Shown in pieces: positions 27,782 to 37,789 of a stretch of 64,000 nucleotides of DNA (the first letter of the stretch is position 1; each line of letters begins with the position of its first letter). The stretch is from Deltaproteobacteria bacterium (GTDB lineage Bacteria; Myxococcota; Kuafuiibacteriia; Kuafuiibacteriales; Kuafuiibacteriaceae). The notes below the pieces were generated by a model. It was given only the letters and a program-made list of their open reading frames with translations, was not told the origin of the DNA and did no database searches. The stretch lies in contig JAVJQW010000007.1 in assembly GCA_040218735.1 (NCBI GenBank), forward strand, positions 64,001 to 128,000. The letters are read 5' to 3'. Position numbers and translations under genes: made by a program.

Positions 27782-28429
27782 ATGCGGCTCCCGAGGGTGG
27801 CGCTGGTCGTGGTGGTAGCGGGCCTGCTGGCGATACCGGCGCATTCGCGTGCGCAGGGTGATGGTCAAGACTCGCAACCGCCGGCCAACGGCGCAGACAA
27901 GAATTCCGACACGGCGGTCAAGCCGACGCGCGACGACGCGCGGCGGCGCATCGAACGCAGCGCCCGCGTGGGCGACATCGACGCGTCGAAGATCAGCACG
28001 CCGGACAAGAAGAAGAACGCCGAGAAGATGGTGAGCGAGTCGCGCGGCGCGCTGGCCCGCGTGACGGAGCTGTTGTTCCAGGCGCGCGAGACCAACGACA
28101 TGGTCCAGCGCAACTGCGTCAACGAGAAGCTCACCCAGATCAAGGGGCTCCTCAGGCTGTCGGAGGCGGCGTCGGTCTCGATGTACGAGGCGATGGGCAA
28201 GGGCGCCGACGACGTCACCAATCACGAGTACACGAAGATCGCCGTCGCGCATCAGAAGACGCAGCTGCTCCGCACCGAGGCCGAGCAGTGTGTCGGTGAG
28301 CTGTCCGTGTACACGGGCGACACCGACGTGACGGTCGAGATCGACGACGACATCCCGCAGACGGATCCCACCCTCCCGATTCCGCCCCCGACCGGGCCCG
28401 GGACGCCGCCGGTGGCGAGCGCCTTCTAG
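27782..28429 (+). CDS. Exported helical protein upstream of the polysaccharide beta-barrel
   Basis: Signal peptide; 'NCVNEKLTQIKGLL...HEYTKI...EAEQCVGE'; Pro-rich C-terminus. Confidence 0.8.
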   Translation: MRLPRVALVVVVAGLLAIPAHSRAQGDGQDSQPPANGADKNSDTAVKPTRDDARRRIERSARVGDIDASKISTPDKKKNAEKMVSESRGALARVTELLFQARETNDMVQRNCVNEKLTQIKGLLRLSEAASVSMYEAMGKGADDVTNHEYTKIAVAHQKTQLLRTEAEQCVGELSVYTGDTDVTVEIDDDIPQTDPTLPIPPPTGPGTPPVASAF

Positions 28430-28441
28430 AACAGTAGAACG

Positions 28442-29698
28442 ATGAAGAAGCTCATCCCCATCGGCGTGGCCGCGCTGATCATCGCGACGGCCGCCAGCGC
28501 TTCGGCGCAGAACTACGGTGCGACCACCGGCTTCCCCATCGGGGAGAAGTCGCGCGTCCACACGAACTTGGATCTCTCGGTCGCGTACGACTCGAACCCG
28601 CGTCGCTTCGACAGCAACCCGGCGCTCACGGGGCCGGACGGCAGCCTGCTCGACGGTACGCGTCGCCAGGACTGGCGCGCGCTGATCCGCCCGGGGCTCG
28701 TCGTCGACGTCCCCGGCAACAGCGTGAAGTTCAACCTCGGCGCGAACCTCTCGATCAGCCGCCTGCTCGGCACCGGTCCGAACAACCCGGACACCGCGTT
28801 TGGTACCGACATCTCGCTCGGGCTGCAGCTCGGCTCGGACGACAGCATCGTGTCGTTCCGCATCGACAACAACCTGGTCCGCACGCCGGACTACATCGAC
28901 TCGCCCGGCGCGATCGCGTCCGACGAGTTCCGTGCGCCGGAGTGGAACGACAACGGCACCGCGCGGCTCACGCTGCGCCCCGGTGGCCGCGCGCTCGAGT
29001 TCGACCTCGGCTACATGTTCATGTACTCGAACTACGACGACTCGTCGGCGCTGTCCGCGTACCAGCGTCACGGTGGTCTGTTCGAGGCGCGTTGGAAGTT
29101 CCTCCCGAAGACCGCGTTTGTCTTCCACGCCGACATCTCGCGCTTCTCACCGTTCGATGAGCCGTCGGGCTTCACGACCATCGCGGGCACGCCGTTCCGC
29201 GTGACCGTCGGGGCGATCGGTCAGGTGACCACGCGCCTCACGGCCGAGCTCACCGCCGGTTACGAGGACATCCTCGCGGACGACTCCAACTTCTCGAAGC
29301 GCGGTCCGATCGGGAACGCGATCCTGACGTACGCCTTCAACGAGGCGACGTCCCTGTCGATCGGTTACCGCCGGCGCATCCGCCCGGTCGTGATCCTCAA
29401 CGGCTACTCGAGCGACATGCCGTTCGTGCAGGCGAAGGTCGGTATCGCGGGTCGCCTCGTGGCCAAGCTGTACGGGCACTACGAGTTCCGCGGCTACGCG
29501 GACAGCGAGTCGTCGAAGGTCCAGGTCGGCGTCGGTGATGCGCGCCTCGAGTACTGGTTCTTCGAGTGGCTGATGGGCGCGGTGAACTACCGCCTCATCG
29601 TTCAGAACCCGACGACGGAGCTGCCGCCCACGGCGCCGCTCTTGCTCCAGGACTTCTCCCGTCACCAGCTCTTCTTCCTCGCAGGATTCCGCTACTGA
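28442..29698 (+). CDS. Outer-membrane beta-barrel, likely polysaccharide secretion porin (EpsX/ExoB/Wzp-like)
   Basis: Signal peptide; alternating amphipathic strands; C-terminal beta-signal 'FLAGFRY'; lies at the head of the EPS locus. Confidence 0.8.
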   Translation: MKKLIPIGVAALIIATAASASAQNYGATTGFPIGEKSRVHTNLDLSVAYDSNPRRFDSNPALTGPDGSLLDGTRRQDWRALIRPGLVVDVPGNSVKFNLGANLSISRLLGTGPNNPDTAFGTDISLGLQLGSDDSIVSFRIDNNLVRTPDYIDSPGAIASDEFRAPEWNDNGTARLTLRPGGRALEFDLGYMFMYSNYDDSSALSAYQRHGGLFEARWKFLPKTAFVFHADISRFSPFDEPSGFTTIAGTPFRVTVGAIGQVTTRLTAELTAGYEDILADDSNFSKRGPIGNAILTYAFNEATSLSIGYRRRIRPVVILNGYSSDMPFVQAKVGIAGRLVAKLYGHYEFRGYADSESSKVQVGVGDARLEYWFFEWLMGAVNYRLIVQNPTTELPPTAPLLLQDFSRHQLFFLAGFRY

Positions 29699-29728
29699 GA
29701 TCGCGTTGCCGGTCCGATTGGTCTCATC

Positions 29729-30931
29729 GTGGCACACGTGGTCCGCATCCAGAGCCGCATCTGTGTCGGCGGCCCGGCTTTGCACAGCATCCTCCTTTCG
29801 GAGGGGCTCTCGCATCGCAAGGGCTCCCGCTACGACACGACCCTGATCGGCGGTGCGCTCGAGCCCGGTGAGCGCGGGATGGAAGACTTCGCCGAGTCGC
29901 GCGGCGTGCAGTTCGAGACCGTCGCCACCATGCGGCGCGCCGTGAACCCGATGCTCGACGCGCAGGCCGTCGTCGAGACCGCGCGTCGTCTTCGTCGCCT
30001 GAAGCCGACCATCGTGCACACCCACACCGCGAAGGCCGGCGCCGTCGGACGCACCGCGGCGCGGCTCGCGGGCGTGCCGATCGTCCTCCACACCTTCCAC
30101 GGCCACGTGTTCGAGGGGTACTTCAGCTCGAAGAAGGCCAAGGCGTTCGTCGCCGCCGAGCGCGCGCTCGCGAAGGTCAGCGATCGCATCCTCGCGATCT
30201 CGAAGCAGCAGCGCGACGACCTCGTGCACAAGTACCGCATCGCGCCGGCCCACAAGGTCGACGTGGTGCCGCTGGGCCTCGACCTCGACCGCTTCCGCGC
30301 CGGACACCCGCGCGGCGCCTTCCGCGAAGAGCTCGGCCTCGCGGCCGACACGCCGCTGGTCGTCGCGGTCGGGCGGCTCGTCCAGATCAAACGCTTCGAT
30401 CTGTTGCTCGAAGCCTTCGCGCGCGTCCTGCAGGACGTCCCGAACGCACACCTCGCGATCGCCGGTGACGGCGACCCGAACGACCGCGCCGCGCTCGAGC
30501 GTCAGGCCGCGCCGTTCGCGGACCGCGTCCACTTCCTCGGTTGGCGCCGCGACCTCGAGCGCATGTACGCCGACGCCGACGTCCTCGCGCTCACCAGCGA
30601 CAACGAGGGCACGCCGGTCACCGTGATCGAAGCGCTCAGCGCGGGGCTGCCCGTCGTCGCGACGCGCGTCGGTGGTGTCGAAGACGTGCTGTCGCCTCAG
30701 GACGGGACGCTCGTCGCGCCGGGGGACGTCGGTGCGATCGCCCACGCGATCCAGCGCGAGCTGGCGTCGCCGCGTCGCCTCGGGGACGAAGCGCGCAAGT
30801 CGGTCACCGAGCGGTTTTCACATCGTCGCCTCGTAGGTGACATCGAGGCGTTGTACGACGACCTGATGGCCCACAAGCTTGGCCGCAACCTCCTCGCTGC
30901 CCACGCGACTCGCGGAGGTGCGGCGTGCTGA
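29729..30931 (+). CDS. GT4 glycosyltransferase
   Basis: 'VHTHTAKAG', 'VGRLVQIKR', 'TSDNEGTPVTVIEA' (E-X7-E). Confidence 0.93.
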   Translation: MAHVVRIQSRICVGGPALHSILLSEGLSHRKGSRYDTTLIGGALEPGERGMEDFAESRGVQFETVATMRRAVNPMLDAQAVVETARRLRRLKPTIVHTHTAKAGAVGRTAARLAGVPIVLHTFHGHVFEGYFSSKKAKAFVAAERALAKVSDRILAISKQQRDDLVHKYRIAPAHKVDVVPLGLDLDRFRAGHPRGAFREELGLAADTPLVVAVGRLVQIKRFDLLLEAFARVLQDVPNAHLAIAGDGDPNDRAALERQAAPFADRVHFLGWRRDLERMYADADVLALTSDNEGTPVTVIEALSAGLPVVATRVGGVEDVLSPQDGTLVAPGDVGAIAHAIQRELASPRRLGDEARKSVTERFSHRRLVGDIEALYDDLMAHKLGRNLLAAHATRGGAAC

Positions 30932-32433
30932 CCTATCCCGTCGCGTTCCTCGTCTCGCTGATCGTCGCCGCGATCGCGACGCCGCTCGTCGCGCGTTGGG
31001 CGCACAAGAACCAGTGGTTCGATCTCCCGATCGAGGCGCGCAAGGTCCACACCCGCGCGATACCGCGCATCGGCGGCATCGCGGTGTTCATCGCGTTCTT
31101 CGCGCCGCTGATCGGGCTCGCGATCTACACGAACCGCATCTCGGGGCTGCTCTACCAGGACGCCACGATGTTCACCGCCGTGTGCTGCGGCGCGGGCGCG
31201 ATCCTGGCGCTCGGCATCTACGACGACCTCAAGGGCGCCGACGCCAAGACCAAGCTCATCGTGCAGGCGGGCATCGCCGCGATGATGTGGTGGGCCGGCT
31301 TCCGCGTCGACCTGCTCGGCAACCCCTTCGGCGCCACGTTCGAGCTCGGCGTCCTGTCGCTGCCGCTCACGATGCTGTGGATGATCGGCATCATCAACGC
31401 GCTCAACCTGATCGACGGCCTCGACGGGCTCGCCTCGGGCATCGCGCTGTTCACGTCGGTGGTCTTGTTCGGCGTGGCGTTCACCGACAACGCCGTCCTG
31501 TTGTGCCTCTTGATGGCGGCGCTCGGCGGGTCGCTCGTCGGCTTCCTGTTCTTCAACTTCAACCCGGCCAAGATCTTCCTCGGAGACTCCGGGTCGATGT
31601 TCCTCGGCTTCATCCTCGCGTCCGTCTCGGTGTGGACGCAGCGCAAGGGTGCAACCGCGGTTGCGCTGCTCATCCCGGTGCTCGCGCTCGGCGTGCCGAT
31701 CCTCGACACCACGCTGTCGTTCGTCCGCCGCGTCGCGCGGAAGCAGAACCCGTTCAAGGCGGACCGCGAACACGTCCACCACCGCCTCCTCGCGCTGGGG
31801 CTCTCGCACAAGAGCGCGGTGCTCACGCTGTACACGCTGAGCGCGGTGTTCGGGCTCGGCGCGCTCGCGCTGCTCGACAACGACACCACGCACCGCGCGA
31901 TCGTCCTGTCCACGGTCGCAGCGGCGGTGTTCATCCTGGTTCGCAAAATCGGCGTCTTCGAGCTGCCCGGCATCCTCAAGCGCAAGGACGATGGCGTTCC
32001 GATGCGCGAGCAGGTCCGCGTCACGGCGCGCCTCATCCGCGCGTCGCACGATCCGAACATCGCGTGGCGGCACACGGTCGGGTTCCTCAGCCACCTCACC
32101 TGCCAGGAGGTCCGACTCTCCTGGCACCTCGCGAGCCCCGACGGTGAGCTGCGCGAGTCGGTGTTCAAGTGGCGCGAGCAGGGCGAGCGCCCGTGGCTCC
32201 TGTCGACCGGCGGCGCGCCCGAGAACCGCACCATCCGTCTCCCGCTGGAAGAGGCCGGGCGTATCTTCGGTGAGCTGACGATCCTGCGTCGCGGACCGAA
32301 CGAGACGACGCTCGAGCAAGAGATCACCTGCGAGCTGCTGCGCGTCGCGCTGATCGATTTCTGCGTCGCGAACGAGGAGCGCAACCAGGACACCGCGCGG
32401 ATCGTCCAGCTCCCGACCGGCACCCGGAGCTGA
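30925..32433 (+). CDS. wecA: WecA/TagO-like undecaprenyl-phosphate HexNAc-1-P transferase (PNPT) with C-terminal soluble extension
   Basis: 'RKVH...PRIGG', 'GIYDD', 'NALNLIDGLDGLA', 'FNFNPAKIFLGDSGS', 'DREHVHHRL'. Confidence 0.9.
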   Translation: MLTYPVAFLVSLIVAAIATPLVARWAHKNQWFDLPIEARKVHTRAIPRIGGIAVFIAFFAPLIGLAIYTNRISGLLYQDATMFTAVCCGAGAILALGIYDDLKGADAKTKLIVQAGIAAMMWWAGFRVDLLGNPFGATFELGVLSLPLTMLWMIGIINALNLIDGLDGLASGIALFTSVVLFGVAFTDNAVLLCLLMAALGGSLVGFLFFNFNPAKIFLGDSGSMFLGFILASVSVWTQRKGATAVALLIPVLALGVPILDTTLSFVRRVARKQNPFKADREHVHHRLLALGLSHKSAVLTLYTLSAVFGLGALALLDNDTTHRAIVLSTVAAAVFILVRKIGVFELPGILKRKDDGVPMREQVRVTARLIRASHDPNIAWRHTVGFLSHLTCQEVRLSWHLASPDGELRESVFKWREQGERPWLLSTGGAPENRTIRLPLEEAGRIFGELTILRRGPNETTLEQEITCELLRVALIDFCVANEERNQDTARIVQLPTGTRS

Positions 32434-32436
32434 TTC

Positions 32437-32688
32437 GTGGCGAAGCTGTCGCTGTACCACTACGTGGGCTGCGGATTTTGCGCGCGGGTCTGGCACGCGG
32501 CGCAGTCGTTGGGCGTCGAGCTGGAGGGTCGCAACATTCACCGCGACGCCGACGCACGCCAGGCGCTGATCGCCGCACGCGGCCGCCAAACGGTCCCGGT
32601 GCTCAAGATCGAGCACGACGACGGACGCGAAGAGTGGCTCCCGGAGTCCCGCGACATCATCGCGTACCTCCAGGCCCAGTACGGCTGA
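32437..32688 (+). CDS. Glutaredoxin
   Basis: CGFC active site, 'QTVPVL', 'ESRDIIAYL'. Confidence 0.88.
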   Translation: MAKLSLYHYVGCGFCARVWHAAQSLGVELEGRNIHRDADARQALIAARGRQTVPVLKIEHDDGREEWLPESRDIIAYLQAQYG

Positions 32689-32795
32689 AAACCCGTCCTC
32701 GAAAAAATATCGCTCAAGCTCTCGGGCGAACCCGACGAACGAGACGTTCAGGGGGAGGTCCACAGCCGTAGACCAGGTGGGCCTAGGGGAGAGTC

Positions 32796-33239
32796 ATGAT
32801 CTACAGTCATTCCATGGAACGACCATTCGGCTCGCAGTCGTCGGTCACGCCCGGTGGACGGGTCCTCATCATCGACGATGAGCTCGCGCTCTTGCGTTCG
32901 TACAAGCGGACGTTGCGGCGCCTCTTCGACGTGGTGCTCGTCTCGGATCCACGCGAGGCGATCGAGCTGATCGAGAAGGACCGCGCGTTCGACGTCATCG
33001 TATGCGACGTCCGAATGCCGCACATGAACGGCGCGGCGGTCTACGCCGCGGTCGCCAAGATCGCGCCCGAGCTGCTCGAGCGCATCATCTTTTGCAGCGG
33101 GGGCCCCGGGAGCAACAACGACACCGTGATCGAATGGCTCACGACGATCGACAACGTGCAGCTCCTCAAGCCGGTGTCCATCGAGGCGCTTCGCGCCACC
33201 ATCGCGAGCGTCCGCGACGCGCACACGCTCATCGGCTGA
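32796..33239 (+). CDS. Single-domain response regulator receiver
   Basis: 'VLIIDDE', 'DVIVCDVRMPHMNG', 'LLKPV'. Confidence 0.88.
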   Translation: MIYSHSMERPFGSQSSVTPGGRVLIIDDELALLRSYKRTLRRLFDVVLVSDPREAIELIEKDRAFDVIVCDVRMPHMNGAAVYAAVAKIAPELLERIIFCSGGPGSNNDTVIEWLTTIDNVQLLKPVSIEALRATIASVRDAHTLIG

Positions 33240-35094
33240 GCCACAGCTCGATCTGCAGCATCAAGAAGATGCGCTGCGCGTGATCGCGTGTGCCCGTCCG
33301 GTGTTCATCGACGATGCGACGAACCGTCGTCGGATCCAGCCAGCGGTGTTTCGACCCCAACAACACGTCGTCGACGAGGCCCGCGAGGGGCCCCGACCAC
33401 CACTTCGCCATCGGGACTCCGAAGCCGTGTTTCTTGCGGTCGAGGATCTGAGCGGGGAGCACGTCGCGGTACGCCTCGCGCAGCAACCACTTGAGCTGGC
33501 CGTGGCGCATCTTCAGGGCGCCCGGGATGCGGAACGCGAGCTCGACCAGCGCCGTGTCGAGGAACGGCGATCGCGCTTCGAGTGACGCGGCCATCGTCAT
33601 GCGGTCCGTCTTCACGAGCAGATCGTCGAGCAGGTACGTGCGGAAGTTGTGGCGGAGGATCTGGTCCAACCGGTCGCGTCCGGCGTCGCGCTCGTGTTCG
33701 AACATCGCGAGCTGGTCGTCGTAGACCGACCACGGTGACAGGCCCGCGCGCAGGTCGGGGTGGAGGACGTCCGTGAGGAGGTCCCCCGCGAAGAACGAGT
33801 TCCACGCGAGCAGCTGTTCGTCGGGTGAGCGCCCGCCGTGTTGGAGGAAGCGGCGCAGCAGCGCGACGGGGTTCTTGTAGCCGCGCGGCTCGGGGAGCTT
33901 GGCGAGCGCGCCGTAGAGTCCTTTCGCGACGGGCGCGGGGACGACGCCGGAGAAGAGGCCGCCGAGAAAGCGTGTGTAGCCGGCGAAGACTTCGTCGCCG
34001 CCGTCGCCGGTGAGCGCGACGGTGACGTGTTCGCGCGTCGCTTTCGCGACGGCGTACGTCGCGAGCGCGGAGGAGTCGCCGTACGGTTCGTCGTGGTGAT
34101 CGAGGAGCTTCTCGAGGAGGCCCTCGGGCGATGACGAGACGACCAGCTCGGTGTGGTCGGCGCCGAACTGCTCGGCGATCTGCCGGGCGTAGCTCGTTTC
34201 GTCGTAGGTGGCGTCGTCGAAGCCGACCGCGAACGTGCGCACGGGCTTCGACGAGCGAGCCGCCATCTCCGCGACGATGATGCTGGAGTCGACGCCGCCG
34301 CTGAGGAACGCGCCGAGCGGGACGTCGGAGATCAGGCGTCGTTCGACCGCTTCGCCGACGGCGAGGCGCACGCGGGTCTTGGCGTCCTCGAGCGACATCG
34401 GCGTCGCTTCCGCGGCGGCCTGGTCGAGTGACCAGTAGCGGTGGATCGACACGTCGCCGCGGGTGAACGTCAGCCGCGACGCGGGTTCGAGTTTGTGGAT
34501 GCCGGCGAACATCGACGTCGGCGTCGGCGCGTAGCCGTAGGCGAGGAGGGCGGGGAGGGCGTCGGCGTTGGGGCGGATCGTCACCCCCGGGTGCTCCGCG
34601 AGCGCTTTGACCTCGGAGCCGAAGACCAACGCGCCGTCCGAAGTCCGCGTCCAGTACAGCGGCTTCTTGCCCGCGCGGTCGCGCATGAGGAGCAGGCGGT
34701 CGTCGCGCGCGTCGTAGATCGCAAACGCGAACATGCCGTCGAGCGCGTCGAGGCCGGCGGCGCCGTGTTCCAGATATTGCGCGAGGATCACCTCGGTGTC
34801 GCAGTCCGAGCGGAACCGAAACCCGCGCTGTTGGAGGCGTTGGCGCAGATCGAGAAAGTTGTAGATCTCCCCGTTGAACGAGAGGACGACGCGGCCGTCG
34901 TCCGAAACGAACGGCTGTCGGCCGCGCTCCGAGAGGTCGATGATCGCGAGGCGCGTGTGCGCGAAGACGCCGCGTTCGTCGGGGAGCACCTCCACACCGG
35001 CGCCGTCCGGGCCGCGGTGGTGGAGGCGCTCCGTCATGTGAACGCCGATCGCCCGGTCCGCTGGTCCGCCCACCCATCCCGCGATGCCACACAT
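33229..35094 (-). CDS. asnB: Asparagine synthase (glutamine-hydrolysing) family amidotransferase
   Basis: MCGIAG N-terminus, 'HRGPD', 'FNGEIYN', 'FLSGGVDSS', 'TGDGGDEVFAGY', 'RKKHGF'. Confidence 0.93.
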   Translation of the reverse strand: MCGIAGWVGGPADRAIGVHMTERLHHRGPDGAGVEVLPDERGVFAHTRLAIIDLSERGRQPFVSDDGRVVLSFNGEIYNFLDLRQRLQQRGFRFRSDCDTEVILAQYLEHGAAGLDALDGMFAFAIYDARDDRLLLMRDRAGKKPLYWTRTSDGALVFGSEVKALAEHPGVTIRPNADALPALLAYGYAPTPTSMFAGIHKLEPASRLTFTRGDVSIHRYWSLDQAAAEATPMSLEDAKTRVRLAVGEAVERRLISDVPLGAFLSGGVDSSIIVAEMAARSSKPVRTFAVGFDDATYDETSYARQIAEQFGADHTELVVSSSPEGLLEKLLDHHDEPYGDSSALATYAVAKATREHVTVALTGDGGDEVFAGYTRFLGGLFSGVVPAPVAKGLYGALAKLPEPRGYKNPVALLRRFLQHGGRSPDEQLLAWNSFFAGDLLTDVLHPDLRAGLSPWSVYDDQLAMFEHERDAGRDRLDQILRHNFRTYLLDDLLVKTDRMTMAASLEARSPFLDTALVELAFRIPGALKMRHGQLKWLLREAYRDVLPAQILDRKKHGFGVPMAKWWSGPLAGLVDDVLLGSKHRWLDPTTVRRIVDEHRTGTRDHAQRIFLMLQIELWLSR

Positions 35095-35191
35095 CGTTGG
35101 CCGGAAGCAGACGCCGCGACGGGGTGGGGGTCAACAGCGTCGGGGATTTTGGGTACGGTCCGAGGCCGTGCCCCGCCGGTCCGAGCACCCC

Positions 35192-37621
35192 ATGGCGCGC
35201 GTGTCCGAGCGGCTGCTGGCTGCGACGATCATCGCCGCTCCCCTCGCCGCCGGTGGTTTTCGCCTTCAGGTCCTGCCGGTCCTCGCCGCGCTCGCGCTCG
35301 CCGCGTTTGCGACGATGGTCTACGCGCTTCGCAAGAGCGGACGCCCGCTCCACGCGACGGTGTTCGTCGTGTCCCTCGTCGTGCTCGCCGGCTTCACCGC
35401 GCTGCAGGCGATACCGCTCCCGGCCGGACTGTTGGAGACACTCTCGCCGCACGCGGCCGAGGTTCGTGCGTTCGTGGCGCCGGGCGGCTCGCTCTCCTAC
35501 GAGCCGGGCGCGACCTGGCGGGAGGCCGCGAAGCTGATCCTCTACGCGATCGTCGCGATGGTCGCGTTCGAGCGGGCGCGTGTGAACAAGTCGGTCGCGG
35601 TGGTGGCGTACCCGCTGATGATCGCCGCGGTCACGACGGCCTTCATCGCGATCGTTCACCGCGCGCTCGGCATCGAACGGATCTTCGGTCTGATCGAAGC
35701 GCGCGGCGGTTCTACTCAAAAGATGCTCACCACGTTTGTGAACCCCAACCACGCGGCGGGGTTCATGGCGCTATGCGCGCTGACCGCGGTGGGTCTCGCG
35801 CTCGACAGCGATGAGCGTCCGCGTCGCGTCGGGTTCCTCGCGCTCGCCGGCGTCTTCGGTGGGGTGAGTGTGCTCGTGTTGTCGCGGGGCGGTCTGGTCG
35901 CGTTGGCGTTCGGGCTGCTGTTGTTCGGCGCGATCGCGTTCGTGCGTTCCCGTCGGGAGCGGGGGAAGGGGCGCCTCAGCGCGTCACTCCTCGTCACGGC
36001 GTTGGTGATCCCGACGCTCGGCGTCGTGTGGCGGATGCGTGATGTCCTCGCGGACTTCGGGTTCGGGCGGGACCGCGCGACGCTCGGGTTCGACGAAAAG
36101 CTCGCGGCGGTCCGCGATGCGGTGCCGATGGTCGAGGATCACCTCTGGCTCGGCATCGGCCGCGGCGCGTACGCGTCGGTGTACACCGGATACAAGACGT
36201 CGCCGCTGCAGCTCACGTTTGCTTTCCCCGAGAACCTCGTGGCGCAGCTGCTCGGGGAGTGGGGCGTCGTGGTCGGCGTGGCGGCGCTGGTCGGGCTCGC
36301 GGTGTTGGTCGTCGTGCGCCTCCGCCTCGCACCGACGTGGACCGCCCTCGGCGCGACGTGCGGTGTCGCGGCCATCGTCGTGCAGAACGCCGTGGACTTC
36401 TCACTCGAGATGCCCGGCGTCGCGATCCCCGTCGTGGCGATCCTCGCGGCGACCGGCGCGCGCGCGGTGAAGACGAAGCGCATCGACCTCCGTCGCCGGT
36501 GGGGGGCGTTCGCGGCGATCGCCACCGTGGTCCTCGCTGCGCCGATCGCGTTGGCCGTCGTGAACGGCGACCTGTTCGACGACCTCGACAACATCTCACG
36601 CCACGACGCCGAGACGCTCCTCGCGCGTCACCCCGCGAGCGCGCTCGTCACCGCGCGCCTCGCCTACCGCGCGGAGACCGCGGAGCCGCCGCGACTCCAG
36701 GAGGCCATTCGCCTCGCGAGCCGCACCATGTATCTCGCGCCGATGTACGCCGACGGCCACGTGCTCACTGGCCGGTTGTTGATCCGCGCGAATCATCGCC
36801 GCCAGGGCTTCGGCGAGCTGCGCCGCGCTTGGGCGCTGTCCCCGTCCGCGCGCGGGCCGTTGATCGACTACGTCATCGCGCTCGCGAAGAGCGGCGGCGA
36901 AGTCGTGCGCGCGATCCCGAGGCGTGACCCGGCGCTCGACGTGCTCGACGAGCTCGAGGCGGCGCGCGCCATCACGCGACTGGTCCAGGCGAAGCGAGAC
37001 GACTGGGCCGCGCAGGTCATCGAGGCGCTCGGCCCCGTCGCGCAGCTCGAGCCGGAGTCCCTGACGGTGGTCGCGCTCGCGGCGACGAAGACCAGCTCGA
37101 CCTCCTATGCGCTCGGCGCGCTCGAGCGACGGCTCGACCTGTCGCCCGACGACGAACCCGCCCGCATCGCGATGACGCGACTGCTCCTCGAGGCGCGGCG
37201 CATCCGAGAGGCGCGGCAGATCCTCGATGGGATCGACGTCCGCGCCGACAACGCGAAGGCGGTGTTGCCACTGGCCGTGCAGCTCGCCGTCGCGGACGAG
37301 GCGTTCGACGACGCACGCGCCGCGGTCGACGACCTCGAACGGCTCGCGCCGCCCACGCGCGCCGACGCGAGTCGGTTGGCGTTGCTCCGCGCGCAGGTCG
37401 AGCAGGCGGCCGGCTCGCCGGCGCGGGCGCTGTCCGCGCTGGACGCTGCGTTGGCGCGGGACACGAGCCACATCGGCCTGAGGCTCCGGCGCGCTCAGCT
37501 CCTGCGGCAGCTGGGGCGGCTCGACGCGGCCCGGGTGGACGCGCAATTCGTGCTTCGTCGAGCTCCGGAGCATGCGGGCGCGCAGCGGCTCCTGGAGGCG
37601 CTGGGTGGGGCCAAACCCTAA
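35192..37621 (+). CDS. O-antigen ligase (WaaL/Wzy_C)-like membrane protein with TPR C-terminus
   Basis: Many TMs; 'TFVNPNHAAG', 'SRGG', 'GIGRGAY', 'FPENLVAQLLGEWG'; TPR-like helices after. Confidence 0.85.
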   Translation: MARVSERLLAATIIAAPLAAGGFRLQVLPVLAALALAAFATMVYALRKSGRPLHATVFVVSLVVLAGFTALQAIPLPAGLLETLSPHAAEVRAFVAPGGSLSYEPGATWREAAKLILYAIVAMVAFERARVNKSVAVVAYPLMIAAVTTAFIAIVHRALGIERIFGLIEARGGSTQKMLTTFVNPNHAAGFMALCALTAVGLALDSDERPRRVGFLALAGVFGGVSVLVLSRGGLVALAFGLLLFGAIAFVRSRRERGKGRLSASLLVTALVIPTLGVVWRMRDVLADFGFGRDRATLGFDEKLAAVRDAVPMVEDHLWLGIGRGAYASVYTGYKTSPLQLTFAFPENLVAQLLGEWGVVVGVAALVGLAVLVVVRLRLAPTWTALGATCGVAAIVVQNAVDFSLEMPGVAIPVVAILAATGARAVKTKRIDLRRRWGAFAAIATVVLAAPIALAVVNGDLFDDLDNISRHDAETLLARHPASALVTARLAYRAETAEPPRLQEAIRLASRTMYLAPMYADGHVLTGRLLIRANHRRQGFGELRRAWALSPSARGPLIDYVIALAKSGGEVVRAIPRRDPALDVLDELEAARAITRLVQAKRDDWAAQVIEALGPVAQLEPESLTVVALAATKTSSTSYALGALERRLDLSPDDEPARIAMTRLLLEARRIREARQILDGIDVRADNAKAVLPLAVQLAVADEAFDDARAAVDDLERLAPPTRADASRLALLRAQVEQAAGSPARALSALDAALARDTSHIGLRLRRAQLLRQLGRLDAARVDAQFVLRRAPEHAGAQRLLEALGGAKP

Positions 37622-37789
37622 ATTTTACTTCTGAGGCGCGACTGTCCCTCAATGAAACGCTCGGATCGGCCGACGGGGTAGATCGTGGGACGGGCGGCGT
37701 GGACGAAACCCCTTGCTCATTGCAGCCCGGGCGCCCATGAATCCGCCTGTTTTTTGAACTCGGGCGGGGTGAAGGGGCACAGAAGGGCA

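Noticed and set aside
32714-32738. Sigma28-like promoter TCAA...CCCGACGA before the receiver gene
   Set aside because: Spacer is 13 nt rather than 15 and the -10 element has several mismatches.
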